Positions 48,746 to 56,723 of a stretch of DNA of 64,000 nt are shown here, piece by piece. The notes beneath the pieces were generated by a model. That model was not told the DNA's origin. It ran no database searches and saw only the letters and a program-made list of their open reading frames with translations. Source of the DNA: Candidatus Omnitrophota bacterium (GTDB lineage Bacteria; Omnitrophota; Gorgyraeia; 2-01-FULL-45-10); NCBI GenBank assembly GCA_041663425.1, contig JBAYMS010000001.1, positions 8,884 to 72,883 on the forward strand, in the 5' to 3' direction. Positions within the stretch are counted from its first letter, which is position 1; every line of letters starts with the position of its first letter. The position numbers and the translations under genes are program-made.

Positions 48746-49833
48746 AACAAAAAAAACGGGAGGTGTGGGTGCATAAATATTTCGCAGTATTATTGGCATT
48801 TATTTTTGTATTATTTATTTCGCCAGCTGCATTATTGGCCGGTGAGAAATCGGCAGAAATAAAGAAGACGACATGGAATGATATCTTTTCCGGAGTGGTT
48901 GGAAATTACCCGCTTAGTATGGAACAGACCAGCCCTGAGCCAGCTCAAAAAAACAAGCTCAGCATACCGAAAAACTGGGAATTCAACGCGGAAATAAAAC
49001 GTTATCTTACAAGCCATACTTCGTATGAATTTGGAAGCCCTGAAGCTCCTTTTACAAAGCCGCTAAGCCGGCTCGAATTTCCAGTTAATACATGGTGGTT
49101 AAATCTTGATCTGCGCCGGACTTCTCCGCGATGGTCTGTCGGAGGCAGGGCAGGGTTAAGCCTTAACCGCAATTCAAACCAATGGATGGAGGATTCGGAT
49201 TGGGGCCCTTCCGGCAGCGTAAATGCGTTAACCAACTATTCCAGAAATTATTGTGATATAAGGAACGCATTCCTGTTCCGTGGAGATGTAGACGTGAATA
49301 TTTCGGACTGGCTGCGTCTGCCGTCCGCGTGGGAGATCAGACCGCTTTTTGCGTTCCAGTTCCAGAGGTTCAAAGCAGTGGCGCACGATGGTGTTCAGTG
49401 GAACTACGATAAAGATACTTCCGAGCCGCTGGACGGGGATGCCATAAGCTTCCGGCAGGATTGGTATACATATATGATCGGGCTCAGAGGCTCATATAGT
49501 AAGAATTTAAACAAGAATGTAACGATTAAACTCAGAGGAGAGGCTGATTGGGGACCTGCTGTCGGATATAACGAAGATCATCATCTTCTGCGCGGGAATA
49601 GGTTTACCTATGAAAAGACATCCGGCCAGGCTCTTTACTTCTCGACCGGACTGGACATGACCGTTTCAAAAACTATAACCATGGGTGTCGGTATAGACTA
49701 TCTGCAGATAAGAACTTCAGGTATACACAGATGGTGGGATACTGCAGAAGCCGCTGATCAATGCTGGTCAGACGGGGTGAAGGCCTGGTCCGATCAGTTC
49801 GGCCTGAGCACACACATATCGTATGCATTTTAA
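48742..49833 (+). CDS. Putative outer-membrane beta-barrel protein
   Basis: It has a signal peptide, alternating amphipathic strands and a C-terminal ...HISYAF. The terminal aromatic is an OMP signature. Confidence 0.4.
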   Translation: MKQKKREVWVHKYFAVLLAFIFVLFISPAALLAGEKSAEIKKTTWNDIFSGVVGNYPLSMEQTSPEPAQKNKLSIPKNWEFNAEIKRYLTSHTSYEFGSPEAPFTKPLSRLEFPVNTWWLNLDLRRTSPRWSVGGRAGLSLNRNSNQWMEDSDWGPSGSVNALTNYSRNYCDIRNAFLFRGDVDVNISDWLRLPSAWEIRPLFAFQFQRFKAVAHDGVQWNYDKDTSEPLDGDAISFRQDWYTYMIGLRGSYSKNLNKNVTIKLRGEADWGPAVGYNEDHHLLRGNRFTYEKTSGQALYFSTGLDMTVSKTITMGVGIDYLQIRTSGIHRWWDTAEAADQCWSDGVKAWSDQFGLSTHISYAF

Positions 49834-49853
49834 AAGAGTGATATAATTAATAT

Positions 49854-50480
49854 ATGCTTATACTGATCGAGAAAATACCGTTTCACAGGCTTGGAGCGCT
49901 GATAGACGGTGTATTTGCGATAGTCATGACGATACTTGTCCTCGATATAAAAGTTCCTCATGACATGGCTGTATTTAAAAGTTTAAGTTTAGAGCACTTC
50001 CTCACCGGACAGTTCCAGGATATAGTTATCTACATGGTAGTCTTTATGGTCCTCGCGTATCTGTGGATAATAAATCACAGCGAGTCACACTTTATAAAAT
50101 TTACCGACTATGTCCACTTATGGCTTACCATACTATGTCTTATGTTCGTAGCGCTTCTTCCTTTCTCATCCGCTCTGGTGAATAAATATCCGCAAGATGA
50201 GATCGCGGAGCTGTTCCTTGCGGGGAATGTTCTGATAATAGGCATATTTAACTATATCAGCTGGGCATATATTATAAAGCGTCCGGCGCTGCTGGAGTCT
50301 ACGCTCACTGAGAAACAAACAGCCACAGAGAAGAAGAAGCTTCTGATAATGCCTCTTGTGGCCGTTATGGCAATGGCGGTTGCTCTTATATATCCCCTGG
50401 GGTCATCGTATACGCTTCTTTTAGCTCCGGTAGCAATGTTCTTTATGGAATTGCGATGGGGAGCTAGGAATAAAAGGTAA
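49854..50480 (+). CDS. DUF1211 / TMEM175-like membrane protein (putative K+ channel family)
   Basis: LGALIDGVFAIVMTILVLDI matches the RLxxFSDGVFAIAITLLVL signature. Confidence 0.6.
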   Translation: MLILIEKIPFHRLGALIDGVFAIVMTILVLDIKVPHDMAVFKSLSLEHFLTGQFQDIVIYMVVFMVLAYLWIINHSESHFIKFTDYVHLWLTILCLMFVALLPFSSALVNKYPQDEIAELFLAGNVLIIGIFNYISWAYIIKRPALLESTLTEKQTATEKKKLLIMPLVAVMAMAVALIYPLGSSYTLLLAPVAMFFMELRWGARNKR

Positions 50481-50573
50481 GGCATTGTATTTCTCTTCAA
50501 CATATGCTATACTATAGGTGAGGCCAAGGGAGAAGGGATTTAGACAGTAGCCCATAAGCCTCACAAGGTTTTG

Positions 50574-50624
50574 CCCATCTACCAAATACGGTATAAACAG
50601 AAAAGGTAGGTGGGTTTTCTTTTA
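50574..50624 (+). terminator. Intrinsic terminator or attenuator between the DUF1211 gene and the TMTC-like gene
   Basis: A 10-bp stem CCCATCTACC/GGTAGGTGGG (one G-U pair) is followed by TTTTCTTTT. An upstream stem GTGAGGC(50518)...GCCTCAC(50564) also forms. Confidence 0.5.
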
Positions 50625-50654
50625 GATAAAAACAGCACAATATCCGCATATCTG

Positions 50655-52148
50655 ATGAATCAGGAACGAAAAAATATATTTTTCCTGCCTATTATTTCAA
50701 TAATCATTTTAGGGGCTATTTGTTATGCCGGCTCTCTGAATGGGAAATTTATACTGGATGATGAGCTTCTGGTAAAAGAGAACGCGCTCATAGCGAACAG
50801 GGCAGGTCCTGGTACATTTCTTTCTACCAATATCATGGCAGGGGCCGGCATGGTCTCCGCTTTTTACCGTCCATTGCAGATGATCACCTATGCGCTGGAT
50901 CATGCCATATGGGATCTTAATCCGTTCGGATATCATATTACTAATATATTTATTCATATTCTTACCGCACTATGCATATATTGGCTGATCAATATTTTAT
51001 ATAATGATAATAAATTATCCTTTTTAACCGCCGCATTATTCGTGGTTCATCCGATGCATACCGAAGCCGTAAGCTATATCTCTGGCAGGGCAGATCCTCT
51101 TTCCGCATTATCTATGCTTCTATGCGCGATAATATATATAAAACAAGTGAAGCTGGGCAGGGCAGGTGTTTCGGGCTGCGCACTGCTCATATTAACTTAT
51201 GTTTTAGCGCTTCTTTCGAAAGAGATGAGTGTGGTGCTGCCGCTACTGCTCCTTCTTTATCATTTTGTTTTCAAAAAGAAGGTGCGTTGGCCGGCATTTG
51301 TGTCTTTACTGAGCGTCCTGGCTGTCTATCTGTTAGTCAGGTTCACTTATCTTAGAGATATATCTTTTCCGACGAATATTGGGATCGATACGATGCTTAA
51401 CAGGATTCCCGGATTCTTCGCCGCAATACTGAATTATATAAAGCTTTTATTTGTGCCGATCCCGCTTCATATGGAATACGGGGCCAGACTGTTCCGATTT
51501 GCGGACCCAATAGTAGTTTCCGGCATGGTAGTAGTTTTTAATATACTCGTTTTTGCCTATACGAAAAGAAACAACAAGGTAGTCCTATTTTCAATAGGCT
51601 GGTTTTTTCTGGCCTTGCTTCCGTCGGCTAATTTATACAAAGTAAACGCATACATGGCGGAACATTTTCTTTATCTGCCTTCCATAGGATTTTTCCTGTT
51701 GGCAGCCTATGTTTTAACAAATATTTATAATAATAAAAGGTATAAAATTATCGGACTTGCGCTGATGGTGACTGCTATCTTATTTTATTCGGTCCTTACG
51801 ATAAAACAAAACGAATACTGGAGAGACCCTATAACATTTTACACAAGGACCATAGAATTTGCCCCACCCAGTGCGAACATTTATTATGGCCGTGGAATAA
51901 TTTATGATAAAAAAGGTGACTATGATAAAGCCATATCAGATTACACCATGGCTATTAAAATAAAACCTGACTATACGGATGCATACAATAATAGGGGTAT
52001 CGTCCACAGTAAAATGGGCAATTATGAACAAGCCATATCAGATTATGCTATGGCTATAAAGATAGATCCGGACTATATTCCCGCCCAGAAAAATCTTATA
52101 AAAGCACGTAAAGATAGCGGCAGGATTGCAGAGGGCCATAGCAGATGA
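50655..52148 (+). CDS. TMTC-like polytopic GT-C-fold protein with a C-terminal TPR domain (paralog of 60284-61870)
   Basis: The N-terminal TM region with FILDDELLVKEN aligns with SFQLDDHIVIIDN of the paralog. The C-terminus carries TPRs (YYGRGIIYDKKGDYDKAISDY..., YNNRGIVHSKMGNYEQAISDY). The likely start is MNQERK at 50655. Confidence 0.55.
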   Translation: MNQERKNIFFLPIISIIILGAICYAGSLNGKFILDDELLVKENALIANRAGPGTFLSTNIMAGAGMVSAFYRPLQMITYALDHAIWDLNPFGYHITNIFIHILTALCIYWLINILYNDNKLSFLTAALFVVHPMHTEAVSYISGRADPLSALSMLLCAIIYIKQVKLGRAGVSGCALLILTYVLALLSKEMSVVLPLLLLLYHFVFKKKVRWPAFVSLLSVLAVYLLVRFTYLRDISFPTNIGIDTMLNRIPGFFAAILNYIKLLFVPIPLHMEYGARLFRFADPIVVSGMVVVFNILVFAYTKRNNKVVLFSIGWFFLALLPSANLYKVNAYMAEHFLYLPSIGFFLLAAYVLTNIYNNKRYKIIGLALMVTAILFYSVLTIKQNEYWRDPITFYTRTIEFAPPSANIYYGRGIIYDKKGDYDKAISDYTMAIKIKPDYTDAYNNRGIVHSKMGNYEQAISDYAMAIKIDPDYIPAQKNLIKARKDSGRIAEGHSR

Positions 52149-53068
52149 AGCATCTTAATAAGATAGCCGGTTATTTTACGGAATATATGGTGGCATGGGT
52201 GGTTGTCGCCGTAGTGCTGGCATATATATTTCCATCTGCATTCATTCCTCTCAAACCTTATATAGACTGGCTATTTGCCTGCACCATGTTCGGCATAGGT
52301 GCGCTCCTTTCGGTAAAAGATTTCGAGCCAATAGTTAAAAAACCCAGGCTTGTTCTTTTAGGCATTCTGGCGCAATTTGCCATCATGCCGTTTGCAGCTT
52401 TTGTGATCGTGCGCATATTAAATCTTCCTCCCGCGATAGCATTCGGACTCATACTTGCCGGAGCGGTTCCCGACGCTATGGCCGCAGGTGTGATGTCTTA
52501 TATAGCGGAGGCGGATGTCGCGTTATCGGTAGCGCTTACTACAGGGACGACGTTAATCTCGCCATTGGTTACACCCGCGCTCATGTATATATTTGCCAGG
52601 GAATATATTCCGGTCCAGTTTTTCCCGATGTTCAAAAGCATAATGTTCATGGTTATTGTCCCGCTTTTCTTAGGACTTATGGTGCGGTATCGTTTCCAGA
52701 GGCATGTAGAAATGATACGTCCGGTATTTCCGGCCTTATCCACAATATTTATAGCGTTCATCTGCGGACTGGTAGTCGCGCTTAACAGAGATGCACTAGG
52801 TCAGATCACGGCGATAGTATTTTTTGCGGTCGTGCTTCTTAATCTGGCAGGATTGGTGTTGGGATATGGTGCGGGTCTGCTATTTAAATTTAACAAAAAA
52901 CAATGCCGCACTCTCGCCATAGGAGTGGGGATGCAGAATGCCGGTCTCGGCGCTGTTCTCGCGATAAAGTATGCCTCGCCCGAAGCTGCTATACCAAACG
53001 CGCTTTTCGCAACGTGGTGCATCGTCAGCGCGGCCATACTTGCCGGTGTGTGGAGCAGGAACGTATGA
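52145..53068 (+). CDS. Bile acid:sodium symporter (BASS) family transporter
   Basis: It is about 300 aa and has the GVGMQNAGLGAVLA motif. Confidence 0.7.
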   Translation: MKHLNKIAGYFTEYMVAWVVVAVVLAYIFPSAFIPLKPYIDWLFACTMFGIGALLSVKDFEPIVKKPRLVLLGILAQFAIMPFAAFVIVRILNLPPAIAFGLILAGAVPDAMAAGVMSYIAEADVALSVALTTGTTLISPLVTPALMYIFAREYIPVQFFPMFKSIMFMVIVPLFLGLMVRYRFQRHVEMIRPVFPALSTIFIAFICGLVVALNRDALGQITAIVFFAVVLLNLAGLVLGYGAGLLFKFNKKQCRTLAIGVGMQNAGLGAVLAIKYASPEAAIPNALFATWCIVSAAILAGVWSRNV

Positions 53069-54969
53069 AGGTCTCCGATTATTTAATCAAGCATGAGAGC
53101 CTCATAGTTTCTATAGCAGCCGTGATTCTATCAGCGCTGTCTGCATTTGTATACGGTTATGAATATGGAATAACCCCAAACCATATACAATCGCTTCCTT
53201 TTATAGCAAAGATCCACGACCCATCTCTTTTTCCTAATGATTATTTTGTAAATACCTTAAGCCGGTTTCCGAGCGTTTACACATATATAATGGCGTATTT
53301 ATCTAACTGGATAAATCTGGAGATGCTGCACCTTGTGCTGTATTTCGTATTTAAATTTGCACTTTTTATATTTGCTTATCAGCTGGCCTGTTTTTTATTC
53401 CGGTCCAGGCGGACGGGGATAATAACCATGTTCCTTTTTGCTTTCTCTCCGCTTATTAACGCTTACGGCCTTTTAGGGCACGACCCTTTCATGAAAACAT
53501 CGTTTTATCAGACGAGCGCAGTCTCGCCGCTTGCCCTCGCAGCTATCCTGATGTTCCTGAGGAAAAAATACATGACGGCATATACTATTCTTGCCTGCAT
53601 ATACTATATAAATGCGCTCATAGGGAATTTTCTGATAATACTTTTTATCGCAGCGTCGGGATATGAGTATATGCGCAAAAGGAATTTCGCAGAGTTTAAG
53701 TATATAATGCGCCCCGCCTTGTTCTTCGCGGCATTGATGATACCCGGCATAGTATGGCTCACACACCTGAACATAACAAATCCGGCGCATGCAGCAGCAA
53801 ATTTCCCCTTATATCTTAAATTGTGGTATACGGGCCATTACTTTCCATCGTTCTTTACGGCACACCAGTGGTATCATTTTGCCGTCATATGTATATTTTT
53901 CATTATTTTTTTCCGGAAGGGATTCGGACGTTGCAGTGAAAAAGACACGGTGCGAGTGTTCATATATACACTCTTCGCAATGTGGCTATTCGCGGCCTTA
54001 TGCGCAGAGATCCTGCCGGTGCGGAGTTTTATACTGCTCCAGTTCCTGCGCAGCGACGTATTCTTTATAGTCCTGGGTATTATATTCGCGGCAGATTATA
54101 TAAGGTCGCTTCTATATGGTAAATCGTTGCGCAGTATAGCTATCGGCGGGCTTATGGTGCTTGCGCTGACAGAGTTTTCTCAGCCATCTTATATAGAATT
54201 TATACTGATAGCGCTTTTATTGACAGAATTTGAACTTCCAATAAAAAATTTTTTGAGAAAAGCAACGCAAGACCCCGAAGGATTGTTTAATCTTCTGTGG
54301 TTTTTCTTCACATTGGCTATAGTCGCGTTTTCTGCCGTTCCTATCCTGCTTCATAAAGCATCGCCAAAAATGAGCTGTTTTTTATTTTTCGCGGTAATGC
54401 TGATGGTGTCGGGAGATAAAAAAGCACCGCAGCGGTTTAAAAATTTAGTTGCCGCGCTGGTGCTCGCAGCGGCTGTATTTGCATATATTCATATAATCGA
54501 ATACAGAGCGGTGAGTATGAATTTTTCTAATATGCTCACTGAAAGCGATGCTGACTGGAAAAAAGTTCAGCTGTGGGCCAGAGACAACACCCCGGTTTCT
54601 TCGGTATTCATTGCACCGCTTAATATGAACGGCTTCCGCGTTTTCTCAAACCGCTCTGTATTTTTTGATTGGGTTGACGGTGCGGCCATGCACTGGTCTG
54701 CGGGTTTTGAATATGAGTGGGCGCAAAGGCTTTCGAGGCTCGGAATGGGCGAAGGCCTGACGAAAGACCGTGCCGGGCTTATCTGCGGAATGGGTGCTGC
54801 GAATGAAAAGCCTATACATAGGCTGATATACGAAAATCTGACAGAAAATGATTTCAGACATATCGCTGAAGAATGCGGTGCGGGATATGTTGTAGAGTAT
54901 GTCACCCGACCGCTTAATTTTAAAACTGTATACGAAAACGCAACATTCCGTATCTATCGGATAAGTTAA
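53065..54969 (+). CDS. Large polytopic membrane protein with a C-terminal soluble domain (function unknown; possibly an envelope glycosyltransferase)
   Basis: The start is MKVSDYLIK at 53065 (ATGA overlap with the BASS stop). The ORF-track extension from 52903 overlaps the BASS gene in another frame, so I rejected it. Confidence 0.4.
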   Translation: MKVSDYLIKHESLIVSIAAVILSALSAFVYGYEYGITPNHIQSLPFIAKIHDPSLFPNDYFVNTLSRFPSVYTYIMAYLSNWINLEMLHLVLYFVFKFALFIFAYQLACFLFRSRRTGIITMFLFAFSPLINAYGLLGHDPFMKTSFYQTSAVSPLALAAILMFLRKKYMTAYTILACIYYINALIGNFLIILFIAASGYEYMRKRNFAEFKYIMRPALFFAALMIPGIVWLTHLNITNPAHAAANFPLYLKLWYTGHYFPSFFTAHQWYHFAVICIFFIIFFRKGFGRCSEKDTVRVFIYTLFAMWLFAALCAEILPVRSFILLQFLRSDVFFIVLGIIFAADYIRSLLYGKSLRSIAIGGLMVLALTEFSQPSYIEFILIALLLTEFELPIKNFLRKATQDPEGLFNLLWFFFTLAIVAFSAVPILLHKASPKMSCFLFFAVMLMVSGDKKAPQRFKNLVAALVLAAAVFAYIHIIEYRAVSMNFSNMLTESDADWKKVQLWARDNTPVSSVFIAPLNMNGFRVFSNRSVFFDWVDGAAMHWSAGFEYEWAQRLSRLGMGEGLTKDRAGLICGMGAANEKPIHRLIYENLTENDFRHIAEECGAGYVVEYVTRPLNFKTVYENATFRIYRIS

Positions 54970-55046
54970 AAATAAAATTTAAGTTCGATGAAACTTTTTT
55001 ATCCAATCTCTTGTCTAATATTCGAAGCCTACGCCAGGAGACATAG

Positions 55047-55133
55047 GCACTTAGCTAACTGTGTGGCTGAATAAACTTGGCTGATGTCAGAGACATCAGC
55101 ACTTAGTCAGCAGCGTGGCTGAATAAACTTGGA
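55047..55133 (+). repeat. Two tandem copies (B1, B2) of the leader motif, separated by a perfect hairpin
   Basis: B1 is CACTTAGCTAACTGTGTGGCTGAATAAACTTGG (55047-55079). The hairpin is CTGATGTC-AGA-GACATCAG (55080-55098). B2 is CACTTAGTCAGCAGCGTGGCTGAATAAACTTGGAG (55099-55133). A third copy lies at 37089-37122. Confidence 0.5.
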
Positions 55134-55143
55134 GGGATTGGAT

Positions 55144-55716
55144 ATGTTAAAACAAATACTAAAATGTAAGGTAACGACGGCTCTTTGTTTGGCGCTGGTT
55201 TTATGCTCTCAGGAAGCATTTGCCAGAGGGGGAGGCGGGCCCGGACCTGAGCCGCGGCATCGCGGAGATTATTATTATCGCGGAGATCAGTTGTATAGGC
55301 ATGGATGGCTAGGGTTTGATATTGCTGTTGCGGCGCTGACTATAGGCGCAATAGTAGATTCTCTTCCGCCAAGGTATAACACGGTTGTGGTCGGAGGGGT
55401 GCCGTACTACTATTATGGGAATGCCTACTATAGGCCATGTCCGGGCGGTTACGTTGTTGTTCCGCCGCCTATTGCAACTCAACCCATTATAGTAGCGTCT
55501 GAAGCGGTCCAGCCGGTTACCGTGGTTACTCCGGTGGTCGCTGCTCAAACTCAGGCCCAGACCGCTGAAACGGTGACAATCAATATCCCCAGTTCAAAAG
55601 GCGGGTATAAAGCGATATCGCTCAAAAAATCAGGCAACGGGTTTATCGGGCCTCAGGGCGAGTATTATTATGAGCATCCCACAGTTGAGCAGTTAAAAAC
55701 ATTGTATGGAAGTTAA
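55144..55716 (+). CDS. Secreted Tyr/Gly-rich protein of unknown function
   Basis: It has a signal peptide, then RGDYYYRGDQLYRHGW ... GVPYYYYGNAYYRPCPGGYVVVPPP. The ATG at 55144 is preceded by a GGAGG that lies inside repeat B2. Confidence 0.45.
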   Translation: MLKQILKCKVTTALCLALVLCSQEAFARGGGGPGPEPRHRGDYYYRGDQLYRHGWLGFDIAVAALTIGAIVDSLPPRYNTVVVGGVPYYYYGNAYYRPCPGGYVVVPPPIATQPIIVASEAVQPVTVVTPVVAAQTQAQTAETVTINIPSSKGGYKAISLKKSGNGFIGPQGEYYYEHPTVEQLKTLYGS

Positions 55717-55742
55717 AAACAGAAATAAAAAAGGAGGGCACC

Positions 55743-56288
55743 ATGAAGTATATTATGGGTATTCTGATAGTGTTGTGTTGTGCGGTAGCGATGGTATCGT
55801 CGAGCGTATTTGCCAACGAGTGTCCTATGGGTAAAGACGGGGTTGGGCCCCAGTATGGGAAAATGGCCCGTGGTATGGACAAGGACAACATCTTTTTTTA
55901 TAAAGCGCATTTCGTTATGGAAAATGCGGCCGAGCTGGGTTTAAGTAACGAACAGATAGAAAAAATAAAAACGCTTAAATACGGCATCGAAAAAAATAGC
56001 ATAAAGAAAGATGCAGATATAATGATCCTTGCCCTTGATATTAAAGAGGCGCTTGGCAAAGACGAGACAGATATTAATGCTGTAAATGCTCTCATAGACC
56101 AGAAATATGCGCTGAAAGCTCAGAAGGCGAAAGAAGAGATGGATGCATGCGTAAGCCTTAAGAAGATCCTGACTCCTGAGCAGCTCAAAAAAATGAAAGA
56201 GATGCATCGGAAAGGCCCTAAGGGATGGGGCAAAGGCCCTGATGCGGCAAAAGTGCCTATGGCTGAAATGGAAGAGCGCGGCGAATAA
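55743..56288 (+). CDS. Periplasmic LTXXQ-motif protein (Spy/CpxP/ZraP-like)
   Basis: It has a signal peptide, a helical K/E-rich body and LTPEQLKKMKEM. Confidence 0.55.
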   Translation: MKYIMGILIVLCCAVAMVSSSVFANECPMGKDGVGPQYGKMARGMDKDNIFFYKAHFVMENAAELGLSNEQIEKIKTLKYGIEKNSIKKDADIMILALDIKEALGKDETDINAVNALIDQKYALKAQKAKEEMDACVSLKKILTPEQLKKMKEMHRKGPKGWGKGPDAAKVPMAEMEERGE

Positions 56289-56306
56289 AAAAATAATACT
56301 GTAAGC

Positions 56307-56339
56307 GGGGCCGGGCAAAACGCCCGGCCCTTTTTGTTT
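56307..56339 (+). terminator. Intrinsic terminator
   Basis: GGGGCCGGGC-AAAAC-GCCCGGCCC is followed by TTTTTGTTT. Confidence 0.75.
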
Positions 56340-56386
56340 ATGACAGCTAAAAATACTTGCATAGTCGCAAAGATGTGATATAATTA

Positions 56387-56406
56387 TTATGAACATATGT
56401 TCATAA
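56387..56406. promoter_or_regulatory. Perfect 20-bp palindrome TTATGAACATATGTTCATAA (candidate operator), overlapping a promoter upstream of the DUF134/ars cluster
   Basis: The palindrome is exact. A possible -35 TTGCAT (56357-56362) and an extended -10 TGATATAAT (56373-56381) lie just upstream. Confidence 0.55.
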
Positions 56407-56414
56407 TAGAGGAT

Positions 56415-56723
56415 ATGATGAGACCGAAAAAAACGAGATGGATAAAGTGCCTGCCCGGCGAAAGATGTTTTAAACCGATGTGCAAACCTTTAAACAAAGT
56501 TAAATGTGTTTGTCTGACCCTGGACGAGTTTGAGGCTGTTAGGTTGGCCGACCTGGAAGGTATGGAACAGGCTGAGGCTGCCAAAATGCTTAAAATATCA
56601 AGACCGACATTCTCGAGGATAGCGGCTTCCGCCCGCAAAAAAATCGCTGACGGACTGGTAAATATCAAAGCTATCAGGATAGAAGGCGGCTGCTGCAAAG
56701 TCGTAAGGAGAAAAATAAGATGA
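56415..56723 (+). CDS. DUF134 (UPF0251) family DNA-binding protein
   Basis: It has the MMRPKKTRWIKCLP... N-terminus typical of DUF134, a Cys-rich region and a sigma-70 region-4-like HTH (EAAKMLKISRPTFSRI). Confidence 0.6.
   Translation: MMRPKKTRWIKCLPGERCFKPMCKPLNKVKCVCLTLDEFEAVRLADLEGMEQAEAAKMLKISRPTFSRIAASARKKIADGLVNIKAIRIEGGCCKVVRRKIR

Noticed and set aside
52903-53064. ORF-track N-terminal extension of the large membrane protein (start at 52903)
   Set aside because: It overlaps the BASS transporter gene in another frame and encodes a Cys/Arg-rich non-membrane sequence. The ATG at 53065, which overlaps the BASS stop as ATGA and begins MKVSDYLIK, is the plausible start.
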